From Auanema rhodensis (lineage: Eukaryota > Animalia > Nematoda), in the NCBI GenBank assembly GCA_964057225.1, contig OZ059896.1:18538001-18602000 (forward strand): a DNA stretch of 64,000 bases. Reading direction: 5' to 3'. Both the position numbers and the translations under genes were made by a program. The notes below the pieces were generated by a model that was not told where the DNA came from, did not search any database, and saw nothing but the letters and a program-made list of their open reading frames with translations. Positions 39,499-48,751 of the stretch are shown piece after piece. Position 1 is the first letter of the stretch; each line of letters starts with the position of its first letter.

Positions 39499-40030
39499 GA
39501 GTTTATGTCGCGTCCTCGCGACAATCAAAAGTTTTGACTTGAACAACTGTAGCAGAAGGGTTAATGTGTGTATTAAAGTACATGAAAATATACTTATAAA
39601 ATAATAATAAAAAAGTTTTTAAGTATAACGCTCTAACAAGTGTAGACAAAAAGTTAACTATTTTTTTGCTAGAGCTCGGTTGTTTGTTTCAATTTGTGTG
39701 AGTTTAGAAAAAAAAAGAAAAGTTTTGCGTAATACCAAATAACTTCCAAATTGAGTCATTGATTACTCAAGTGAAGACTGTTGCTCAGATATTGTTGCAA
39801 ACTATGTCTTTCATTTTTCATCTCATCTAGTATGGGGAAGTTAGTTGAAATTAGGAAGGTTCGAACTATATGATAAAGAATTATCTTCTCACATTTCCCG
39901 TGTTCATTATGCTCTAGTTTACTTTTTGACTTAAGAGTGACTTGTTTTAGAGGACTCGTTACAAAATTTGTGTTCTAGTATTACTTTAAAGAAAGTTATT
40001 ACAAAACAATTTACAATAAAATCTCATGAG

Positions 40031-42667
40031 TTAATGGTTTTTTCTTGATGGTAGCCAATTTGTATCCGAAAGGTCTTCTGGTTCGTCATAAGAGTCTTCA
40101 TCGTTGTTGTTTCCGTTGATAACCTCTATGATTTCAATATCGCTGTCATCGTCTGAGCTGTCTGTACGTGTACTGGGCTTATGTGCGATTCCGTCATCTG
40201 TTTCTCGATTAAATAATTTGAGATTGTCCTTGTGAACGTCTTGGATCTTTCCGAAAAGGTTTTTGATTTGAACCATGTTTCCCTTCACATTAATAACTTC
40301 AAATGGTCCATCATAAGCTTTCCGAAGCTTTTGTCCTGGCTTGTGCATTTTCACAGCTAACATAACGCAGTCTCCTTCTTGTATATCTCTTTCGTGAGTG
40401 CGTAATCGAGCATCATGTTTCTTTTTTGCTAATTCTTGATGCTTTTCCAAATTTTCTTGAATGATTGTTTTCTGTTTGCTTCGGATTTTCTCAATATTTT
40501 CAATCTCCTTTGAAATTTCCTTTGGTTCAGTTGTTTCGGGGTATAAATCTTTATCCAATCTCAAACGGCTTTCTTTCCCGAATAGTACAACGTATGGTGA
40601 TATTCCTGTGGTTGCATGCGTTGTGGTGTCCAATGCAAAGGTAATTTTTGGCAAAAACATGTCCCAATCAGTGACATCTTCGTTGAGATAATGTGTGAGT
40701 TCTTCTTCTAACGTTCTATGAAGTCTTTCTACTTGTCCATTGGAATTCTTCTGATGTGGGAGTGTTGATTCATGTTTGATACCGAGTTTTTCGCACATGT
40801 CTTCAAATTTCCTTGATAGGAAGTTGGAACCGCGGTCTGTTATTAAGCGATTCGGTGGTCCATAGACATATACAAAGTTTCTGAGGAATCTATCAATGAC
40901 AACTTCACTAACAATTGTTGGTATGGCGATAGTTGTAGCCCATTTGGAGAAAGAGTCTTGTATTGTGAGGACATAGCTGTTGTTCCTTTTTGATGTTGGG
41001 AATGGTCCCATGATATCCATATGTATTCTCTCAAATGGTTTTGTTGGTATGTTAAATTGACCCATTGGTTGTACGGTCATAGCATGAGGATCTTTCTTTC
41101 GTTGTGCACATTTGATGCACTGTTTTACGTATTTTGCTATGTCGTTCTGCATGTTAGTCCAGGAAAATCTTCGTAATATGGCTTCTTTTGTTTTGTTGAT
41201 TCCTTGATGCGCCCCGATTGTTGGGTCTTCATGAAATTCTTCAATGATTTTGTTAATTATATCACTATCCGATGGCAATATTAACGCTGGATGAGGTCTT
41301 TTGACGCTTGGTTTTGTGTAGAGTAAGTTGTTTATAACACAATAACGATCATTTTGAATCATATTTTTCTTCGTTCTGTATTCAATCTCAGCTATTGTTC
41401 TCTTGATCCAAGGAGTATTTTGTTGGATTGAGCTGAATTCTGGTAACTTCACAACATTTACTTGTTGTGTCTCAATTTTCTCTTTCGAATTCGTCTTTTG
41501 TTTCTTGTTCGACGTCTTTGGATCGTTAGCTTCATCTCCAATGTATCTAGAGAGTGCGTCACAGACTTTGTTTAATCTGCCTTCTCGATATTTGATCTCA
41601 ATATCGTATTCCTGTATGACCAATTGGAACTTTGCTAGTCTTCCAAATAGGTCTCTTCTAGTTAGTAAGCTTGTCAATGAGCGATGATCGGTGATGCAAA
41701 TTGAATGTGATCCAAGTATGTATGTTCGAAACTGTGCTAGAGCGTAAACTAAGCCTAAGGCTTCTATCTCTATGGGAGCATAGTTACGTTCTGCTTTTAC
41801 TAATTTCCTACTTGCGAAAGCAATTGGATGTAAGTTCTTGAATGGTTCGTTTGGATCTTCGGGCTGCAGTAATACTGCGCCTATGGCGATGTTGCTGCCA
41901 TCACTTTCAATGATGAAAGTTCGGTCTGATCGTGGTGGTTTCAGTACCGGTGCTTCGATTAGTCGTTCCTTTAGCTTATCTAGTGAACGTTGACATTCGC
42001 TAGTCCAATTGAAGTCTGCGTCTAGCTTAGTAAGGTCATACAGCGGACTTGCTATATGTGCAAAATCTTTAATAAATTTTCTAAAGAATCCGACCATTCC
42101 TAAGAATGCTCTTACTCCTGTGGGTGTTTGAGGAGCAGGGTAATCGCGGATGGCGGAAACTTTCTGTTGATCGGGCTTAACTCCGTCTCTTCCGACAATG
42201 AGTCCGAGAAATTTCACTTCTGGTCTTGCAAATGAACATTTCTTGAGTTTAATCTTAAATCCTAGTCTTTCTACAGCGAGTAATACTTCTTTGATGTCTT
42301 TGAGGTGTTGTTCTGCGCTGTCTGATATGACTAGTAAATCGTCCAAATAGACAAATAGTCGGCATTTACATTTACTTTGGAGATATCTCACGGCTGTTTG
42401 AAAGGTATGTGGCGCACCACATAATCCCATAGGCATTCTCCTGTATTGATAAGTCCCACTATTGGTGGTAAAGAATGTGAGTGGTCTATCCTTCTTCGAT
42501 AATGGTATTTGGAAAAAGCCAGAAACAAGATCAAAATTAGAAAAGTATTGTGATCCAGCCGCTAAGTCAATGATATCAGAGATGTTAGGAATCACATATG
42601 TTTGTTTTCTTGTAACGTTATTTAAGGCTCGGAAATCCGTAACGAAACGGAATGTTTCGTCTTTTTT
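40031..42667 (-). CDS. Pol C-terminal part: reverse transcriptase, RNase H, integrase (third segment of the single frame)
   Basis: KKDETFRFVTDFRALN, FDLVSGFFQI, MPMGLCGAP, YLDD (42338-42349). RNase H IIESDGS..IGAVL, IEALGL, TDHRSL. Integrase zinc finger H..H..CIKC, HMDIMGP / ITDRGSNF / VERLHRTL (DDE), GPF motif, acidic tail. Confidence 0.96.
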   Translation of the reverse strand, partial: KKDETFRFVTDFRALNNVTRKQTYVIPNISDIIDLAAGSQYFSNFDLVSGFFQIPLSKKDRPLTFFTTNSGTYQYRRMPMGLCGAPHTFQTAVRYLQSKCKCRLFVYLDDLLVISDSAEQHLKDIKEVLLAVERLGFKIKLKKCSFARPEVKFLGLIVGRDGVKPDQQKVSAIRDYPAPQTPTGVRAFLGMVGFFRKFIKDFAHIASPLYDLTKLDADFNWTSECQRSLDKLKERLIEAPVLKPPRSDRTFIIESDGSNIAIGAVLLQPEDPNEPFKNLHPIAFASRKLVKAERNYAPIEIEALGLVYALAQFRTYILGSHSICITDHRSLTSLLTRRDLFGRLAKFQLVIQEYDIEIKYREGRLNKVCDALSRYIGDEANDPKTSNKKQKTNSKEKIETQQVNVVKLPEFSSIQQNTPWIKRTIAEIEYRTKKNMIQNDRYCVINNLLYTKPSVKRPHPALILPSDSDIINKIIEEFHEDPTIGAHQGINKTKEAILRRFSWTNMQNDIAKYVKQCIKCAQRKKDPHAMTVQPMGQFNIPTKPFERIHMDIMGPFPTSKRNNSYVLTIQDSFSKWATTIAIPTIVSEVVIDRFLRNFVYVYGPPNRLITDRGSNFLSRKFEDMCEKLGIKHESTLPHQKNSNGQVERLHRTLEEELTHYLNEDVTDWDMFLPKITFALDTTTHATTGISPYVVLFGKESRLRLDKDLYPETTEPKEISKEIENIEKIRSKQKTIIQENLEKHQELAKKKHDARLRTHERDIQEGDCVMLAVKMHKPGQKLRKAYDGPFEVINVKGNMVQIKNLFGKIQDVHKDNLKLFNRETDDGIAHKPSTRTDSSDDDSDIEIIEVINGNNNDEDSYDEPEDLSDTNWLPSRKNH

Positions 42668-45568
42668 CTAAACGAGAACGACAGGGCTGTTGAACAAAGA
42701 TGTCGATCGTTCTATTATCCCTTGCTCGAGCATTTCTTGGAATTGTCTTTCTACCTCTTCCTGTTTCCCGAGAGGTATACGTGAAATTCGTGGCTTTGGC
42801 ATATCCATATCCGTTCGTAGTGGTATCTTGTGTTCTACTGGTCCTTTGAACAATCCTATCTTTTTATCTTCATTGAGGAATGCCTTCTTACGTTGACGAA
42901 TGATGTTTCGTAGTTCGTCTTTTTGTCGTTGCGTGAGATCAGCCTCTTTTAGGTCAAGTTCTTTCATGAAATCACCAGGGAAGTGAGGTAATTTGCCTTC
43001 CCAGTCTGCTTCTGGTGGAATATAGTCGTACTGTTGTTCTGTTGAGAAGATTTCATAGTCCGGTATAGATCCTATTTCGGCTTCTGCAATTACAGTGCCG
43101 GCCGGTATTTCTATGAATTCTTTAGAATTGTTCCGGAATTGGATATTGATGGAGTTAACATCGCGAAATGCTGTGTCGTATCGAGGTGAGAGAGGTTTAT
43201 TGTCGTTTGGTTTAATCATAGCGATTAAGTCTTCTCCGATTGGGTTCTCTAATTGGACTTGGAAATTAAAAACTTGTCGTGGAAGTAGACTCCGCGGTTC
43301 CAAGGTTATCAAATTAACAGTTTTTGATATCCTGTTAATATCCCCGTTAATTCCGCTAGCCAAAGGTACTACATGATTTCCAATTTCCAGTGTTCTTTTG
43401 TATGGTCTTAGTTTCATGCCAATGTTTTGACAGTCAAGTGTTTTCATGAAATCTAATCCAATCAACGCTGGCGATGGACAGTCTTTGTCGTCTGATATGA
43501 AGAATGTATGGTCGATTTCGTAACCGGCTATTTCGACGGTTAAGTCGATAGTACCAATGAATACAAATTCTGATCCGTTCGCTGTTGTTGCTCTTAATGT
43601 ATTCTTCTTAACAAAGTCATTCAAAGCTAAGTAGTGTAGTGTCGATATTCTTATGTAACTGACGGACAAACCTGAGTCCCATAAAGTTAGGATCAGTCTA
43701 TCGTTAACAGTCATCCATAGAAGTGGTAGTGCTTGATCTTTCTTTTTGGAAATCGAGCAAACTAATGGTAGTGCAATTGGTATGAATGTGAGCATTGATG
43801 GATAGTATTGTTTCATTATGTGTCTTGGAATCGGTTGGTCCGGATGACTAACTAATTCCAAAGTTTCTTCGTATGTTGGTAGATCACTGTCGTGATCTTT
43901 GAGTGCAATATGCATAACTGGTATGCCTACTGGTTTGAAGAAATAGATCTTTACAATGAAACCTATCACAAAGAGTATGATGGTAAATAATGTAATTGCA
44001 CCGATCGTTATTAGTGTTCGCTCAATCGTTCCTGCAATTGTATCGATGAATGACTTCCATGTGCTCTTGGTGAATTCTTGAGCTTTCGATATGTAGTCGC
44101 TACTTTTCTTTAGTACACTGAATGTAGCTGATATCTTTGGATCATTGTGAATTGTGTGAAGAACGTGATTCTGACGAATCGATGCTAAACTCGCACCGTA
44201 AGCTATGGCTGTGGTCATTGAGTATACACGAGACGATAAATTAGTGTATAAGTGAGCTCCGGTGAATTTTAATGGTGTTATTTTTTCGTGATGAAGTCCG
44301 TCCCACATTGATACAAGACTGACGTCTGCAGTCCCATTAATTCCTTTCCATTCACCTTCGCTAGACCAGATATCTGTTGGTACGTGATCACAGCTTATTT
44401 CTTTACCATGAGGTAAAAGATCCTTGGATCCGGGTGCTGCAAACAGTAACTGTCCGTCTTGTGTCCAGACTGGGGTTTCGAGATAGCATGTGCCATTTAC
44501 GGTGTGATTGTGATAAATGGTTTTCTCTAGCACTGTAGGGCATACATGTATATGCAAAATTTCATTGCCTACAAACCGTGCGGCTATATCTTCTCTTCCC
44601 AGTATTGTTCGCATTGCGATTGTTGGTTCAATTTGTAGAATTGATTTCCATAATTCCAGATACCGATTTTGTATCTCGCAAATCGATTCGTATGATTCTT
44701 CAAAATGTTTCTGCAATTCCTCTTGGATCATTGTAGTAGCATACTGTAAATGATCTTGGGCTATTTTGTTCGATATATTTTGACGAAACTCTTGTACCGA
44801 GTCAATTTTCGTTGCTATGTATCTCGCATTTGCTTCCACTAAATTTGAGGTTTCTACTGATGGTGTTGAGGAAGATCGGTTTTTTCGAATCAATGTTGGA
44901 GAGGCTTCGGTTGTCTCTTGTATTTTTGGAATCTGTGCGTCTTTGTATATGGCATAGCTTCTTGTTGTTGTTGGCGAACGAGCGGTTGATGTTGTTGTGC
45001 GTGCTGTTGTCGCAGCGGTCGTGTGAGGCGCCGTTGTTGATGGCTGTTGCCTCCATGATGGTGCTCTTGTGGTGGTTGTTGCATTTGTGTGAGGATTGTT
45101 CGTTATATGCGGCTGTATTGTGGTAACTGATTGGATTGTTCCCTTCTGTTCGATCAAAGGTTGGACTGGTGTCACAACCGCGCCGCTAGCCGCGCCGCCT
45201 GCAGCGACGCTAGCCGCGCCGCCTGCCGCGACGCTGGATGTCCGCGTTGCGATTTGCCGAAAATTTGTTTCATTTTCCTCTGCCATTAAGATTTGAAGTT
45301 GTTCTTGTGTTATCCTACTTGATGTATAAGGTGTTTTTACATTATTGAGCAGGGGTAAAAATATTTCCAATAATAATTTCTTTGAAAGATTGCTGGGCTT
45401 GATCAGCTTAGGGTGTGGACCGATCGGTATTCCATAATTATTCTTCCTGTCATAAAATAGTTTATCTGTATTTGGCATGAATTGTCGTGATGCTGGCAAT
45501 TTTATAAATTTTCTGTCATCAATAAATGCTGCAGTTTTATTCCATCGTACTGTTGTGAGGGTTTTTAG
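42668..45568 (-). CDS. Env C-terminal half (mucin-like tract, gB/chuvirus-G-like core, TM) fused in frame to aspartic protease and RT N-terminus
   Basis: Thr-rich tract; HLQY...ICEIQ...LWKSILQIEPT..MRTILGREDIAARFVGNEILHIHVC...TCYLETPV matches the herpes gB domain III/IV pattern (QLQF..WC..Q..LW....INP....GR.V.AR.LGDV...C...CYSRP). TM LITIGAITLFTIILFVIGFIV (~43940-44014); protease LWDSG (43670-43684) and LIGLDFM; ends SPVVLV-TAG. Confidence 0.88.
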   Translation of the reverse strand, partial: LKTLTTVRWNKTAAFIDDRKFIKLPASRQFMPNTDKLFYDRKNNYGIPIGPHPKLIKPSNLSKKLLLEIFLPLLNNVKTPYTSSRITQEQLQILMAEENETNFRQIATRTSSVAAGGAASVAAGGAASGAVVTPVQPLIEQKGTIQSVTTIQPHITNNPHTNATTTTRAPSWRQQPSTTAPHTTAATTARTTTSTARSPTTTRSYAIYKDAQIPKIQETTEASPTLIRKNRSSSTPSVETSNLVEANARYIATKIDSVQEFRQNISNKIAQDHLQYATTMIQEELQKHFEESYESICEIQNRYLELWKSILQIEPTIAMRTILGREDIAARFVGNEILHIHVCPTVLEKTIYHNHTVNGTCYLETPVWTQDGQLLFAAPGSKDLLPHGKEISCDHVPTDIWSSEGEWKGINGTADVSLVSMWDGLHHEKITPLKFTGAHLYTNLSSRVYSMTTAIAYGASLASIRQNHVLHTIHNDPKISATFSVLKKSSDYISKAQEFTKSTWKSFIDTIAGTIERTLITIGAITLFTIILFVIGFIVKIYFFKPVGIPVMHIALKDHDSDLPTYEETLELVSHPDQPIPRHIMKQYYPSMLTFIPIALPLVCSISKKKDQALPLLWMTVNDRLILTLWDSGLSVSYIRISTLHYLALNDFVKKNTLRATTANGSEFVFIGTIDLTVEIAGYEIDHTFFISDDKDCPSPALIGLDFMKTLDCQNIGMKLRPYKRTLEIGNHVVPLASGINGDINRISKTVNLITLEPRSLLPRQVFNFQVQLENPIGEDLIAMIKPNDNKPLSPRYDTAFRDVNSINIQFRNNSKEFIEIPAGTVIAEAEIGSIPDYEIFSTEQQYDYIPPEADWEGKLPHFPGDFMKELDLKEADLTQRQKDELRNIIRQRKKAFLNEDKKIGLFKGPVEHKIPLRTDMDMPKPRISRIPLGKQEEVERQFQEMLEQGIIERSTSLFNSPVVLV

Positions 45569-48500
45569 TTATCTTAGTAAATTGATCGTTGCCTTAATGA
45601 ATTCGCTTTTCTTCTCTTCCTCGTCAGTTAGTATACGTTTCCTTATTGGTGGCATTTGTATGAACGTTTGTAGGACTTCTTGTCGTGATGGAACTGTCAG
45701 TCCTTCTTCAATTATAACTGGTGTATTGGTTAAATTGAGAGCTATGCTTTCAATTCGTTCGCGATATGAACCTTCTTTCTTCCTTATGATTTCATCGAAT
45801 TCGATTACTGTCAAACGATCTGATATTTGTTCGAGAAGCTGTTCAGATGTTAAGTATGATATTGCTGCCTTTGTAGTAATGGCTAATTCTCTTTGTGCTA
45901 TATAATATAGCAGAGCTTCTTCTTTATCACTGAAATCGTATTGTTTGAGAAAATGTCGAACAGAATGTTCATTTATTTGAATTCTGAAGAAAAATTCGAA
46001 TTTTTCTTTATGTGATGTTATCCATGCCTTTAGAGAGTATGTTGGATCTACTAAACGTCTTCCTTTGATTATAGGAATAATTGAAGTAATACCGGGATTA
46101 CTCATTAATGGTCTTAGGAAAGAATATGGACAGACGTGAAGCAATACTGTTTCATAATCTTCAACTTCGTTGATCCGATCTTGATCCAGTGGGAAAGAAC
46201 ATCCTTCGGTGACTGCACGTTTTGGTCTTTTAAACGGCAGCTTTTTGAACTCTCTTTCAATAAGGGTGGTTATATTGTTGTCGTTTGGAAATTTAGAAAG
46301 AATGATATAATTTCCTGATGTCGTATGGAACGCTAGCTGCCTGAAGCAAGAAGAAATAGGTTTCGGAGTTGGTTTGCTCGAAAGAATAAGTGCCGATTGT
46401 GTACTAGGGATTAAAATAGTATCTTGACTAATGATAGCGTCATATGTATGCATATCGATGTAATTACAACGTGAAGCAGTGGTTTGTGGGTCCCATATTA
46501 TTATTGATGTACTTGATTCACAATTACCATGATGTGCATTGCATCCTTCCGTGTTTAATATTAAGTTTGACAATATTGTATCGTCAGGCATACGGGTCAT
46601 GACTCCGCGCTCTAATATTAGACGTGACCGCTCCTCGCACGCGTCGCGGTTGAACGCGCGCGCTGGGTCATAGGAGGGCTCCGGAGTTGCTTGGGTGATA
46701 CTATCAATGCGTTGCAGTTCCATGTTATTCCACTTGCGATCGCGGATCGCCTGTCTGCATTCGCGCTCTCCTATAGGCTGTATTCTATTTATTGTTCTGT
46801 TCGTATCGCGGAGGAATAGCAGGTCTCGTACGCATAACTTGTGTACTTCCTCTGAACAACGCCACGCATCCCATTCGTGTGCTGTGTGATTTCTTGTGTA
46901 CAGATGACCTTCTGTACGTAGCACATGGTTTTTCTCTGTTAATCTGCATTTTCTGATTGTTGGTGGCATAAGTAATGCGCCTCCTGTTGCTCTTGTACAG
47001 ATTTGATATGTAGATGCACAGTGCAAGAATATTGCTGCTGTTATTGCCATGATAACTGTGAGCGTCAAAGGCGAAAGGGTGACAGAGTTTATTCTTGTTG
47101 AGCTTCTATCTCTTCCTCTTGAGTTGTCTCTTGGATTTTTGAATTGAACTCTTCTTTGTCCGTTGTTGTTATTGAATCTACCTCGTTGGTTGTTATGACG
47201 AAAATTATAATTTCTTTGATGCCAATCAGAACTCGATTGCCTATTATCTTGTTCGTTATAATTTGTACGGCGATTATTATTAGCGAAAGAACCGTAACGG
47301 TTTCGATTATTATTGAAATTAGAAAAGTTTTTATTTTTTTGATAATTTTGATTATTTTGATAATTTTGATTATTTCTTATCATTTGGTTATCGCGTTGAT
47401 AATTGCGATTAAATGTTTGGCTATCTCGTCTCTCATCATTACGCGCAAAGGGTGCTAGTGCTTTGTTCACAGCGTTGACCAACATCGATTGCGTGTCTGT
47501 TGTTTGGTTCACTATCGATTCCTCCCAGCGAGCTGCTTCAATCGCTTCTGTGAAGGATTTTGGCTTTGCTCGGATCACAGCTGGTTTTAGAGAATTTTTA
47601 AGTCCTCTGAGGAATGTTGATCTCAGTATTTGATCTTTATGTGGGTCATCAGATGCAAATGCACTCAATGCCATTGTTCTTAATGCTTGGGCGTATGCAT
47701 CAATTGTCAATTCCCCTTGCGTGGTGTTTTGAAGGTTAATAAGTGCAGGGTCTTGGTTATATTCAGGGCAGAGCTTCGATGTTAGTGCTCTAATCAGATC
47801 ATTCCACGAACCAGTTGTTTTAAGTTGTTCAGGAACTTGTCTGTAAGCTTCTTCTGCTGCTTCATTTTTGAGAAGCAAAGGAAGAAGTGCTAACCTTTCA
47901 GGGATAATAAGGCCAATGGCATTAGCAAACAAGTTGAATTTACCCGTAAAATCACGGAAGTTACGACTGCCGTCGTAAGTTGGACAGTAAGGCGAAAGTA
48001 AGGCTTGCGCGATTGTTGTTTTCCCTGCCCCAGGTAGTGAGGAAACAGCTTCCGTCATGATGTTATTCGTACGGGTAGATGGTATTTTGATCGTTCTACC
48101 TGTTATTGGTGGGGTCTCCAAAATAGGGGTTGTTTGCGTGGATGGAATAGGTCTATTGGGTGCCTTAGGAAGTGAGTCTGTTGTTGTTAAGATGGGAGTA
48201 GAAGTTTGATGAATACTGGTATTTGGTGCAGGTGGTTGAATTGGTGAGATATTAATGTTAGGGACTGATGAATATCTGCTTTTGCGCTTGGTGTTGAAAG
48301 TTTTATCTTTAGGCGAAAGGTTAAAAAGATCAGTAACAATGTTTCTAAGAGAACTAAGCCCACCCGCGCTAGAAGTTTTTGAAAATAAAGGGGAATCGGT
48401 TGGTTCGGTTAGTGAGAGAGAGAGAGAAGCGTCGCTGATGTTTTGATTTTTCTTATTTTTATTAGAATTAGAGGAGCGTACCTTTTTAGGAGTGATCGGT

Positions 48501-48751
48501 GTTTGTTCCTCCACAATGATTGATAGTTCTTCTTCTATAGTAGGTACGTAGTCCGGGTCGCCTAGTTGTTCAGTAGGTGAGACAGAATCAGTAGTAGGAA
48601 TAAGGAAATTATCCGGCTTCTTGTCGACTTTCTGCTCCTCTTCTAATATAGCGACGTCTTGAGCTCGAGCTCGACTTCTGGTAAAGGGAGCTGAGTCTTG
48701 GGAATCGAAATGCGTACTTATAGGTACGGCTGAATGGAATCTCTTAGCCAC
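45569..48751 (-). CDS. Gag (capsid + N/Q/R-rich region) fused via internal signal peptide to Env N-terminal half
   Basis: Ty3-type capsid motifs YDGS..F..F, WNDLIRAL, QGELTIDAY, FLRGL, FTEAIEAA. No CCHC knuckle. Hydrophobic VTLSPLTLTVIMAITAAIFLHCAST (47009-47083), then a Cys-rich ectodomain with N-x-S/T sequons and furin site KRPKR (46217-46231). The track start is GTG; the first ATG is at 48058. Confidence 0.87.
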   Translation of the reverse strand: MAKRFHSAVPISTHFDSQDSAPFTRSRARAQDVAILEEEQKVDKKPDNFLIPTTDSVSPTEQLGDPDYVPTIEEELSIIVEEQTPITPKKVRSSNSNKNKKNQNISDASLSLSLTEPTDSPLFSKTSSAGGLSSLRNIVTDLFNLSPKDKTFNTKRKSRYSSVPNINISPIQPPAPNTSIHQTSTPILTTTDSLPKAPNRPIPSTQTTPILETPPITGRTIKIPSTRTNNIMTEAVSSLPGAGKTTIAQALLSPYCPTYDGSRNFRDFTGKFNLFANAIGLIIPERLALLPLLLKNEAAEEAYRQVPEQLKTTGSWNDLIRALTSKLCPEYNQDPALINLQNTTQGELTIDAYAQALRTMALSAFASDDPHKDQILRSTFLRGLKNSLKPAVIRAKPKSFTEAIEAARWEESIVNQTTDTQSMLVNAVNKALAPFARNDERRDSQTFNRNYQRDNQMIRNNQNYQNNQNYQKNKNFSNFNNNRNRYGSFANNNRRTNYNEQDNRQSSSDWHQRNYNFRHNNQRGRFNNNNGQRRVQFKNPRDNSRGRDRSSTRINSVTLSPLTLTVIMAITAAIFLHCASTYQICTRATGGALLMPPTIRKCRLTEKNHVLRTEGHLYTRNHTAHEWDAWRCSEEVHKLCVRDLLFLRDTNRTINRIQPIGERECRQAIRDRKWNNMELQRIDSITQATPEPSYDPARAFNRDACEERSRLILERGVMTRMPDDTILSNLILNTEGCNAHHGNCESSTSIIIWDPQTTASRCNYIDMHTYDAIISQDTILIPSTQSALILSSKPTPKPISSCFRQLAFHTTSGNYIILSKFPNDNNITTLIEREFKKLPFKRPKRAVTEGCSFPLDQDRINEVEDYETVLLHVCPYSFLRPLMSNPGITSIIPIIKGRRLVDPTYSLKAWITSHKEKFEFFFRIQINEHSVRHFLKQYDFSDKEEALLYYIAQRELAITTKAAISYLTSEQLLEQISDRLTVIEFDEIIRKKEGSYRERIESIALNLTNTPVIIEEGLTVPSRQEVLQTFIQMPPIRKRILTDEEEKKSEFIKATINLLR

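Noticed and set aside
43060-43330. dUTPase between protease and RT
   Set aside because: The segment (…IQFRNNSKEFIEIPAGTVIAE…) only faintly recalls the fold and lacks the catalytic motifs; similar spacers are common in gypsy Pol.
40461-48446. Plus-strand ORFs antisense to the retroelement polyprotein
   Set aside because: Short shadow ORFs with no motifs.
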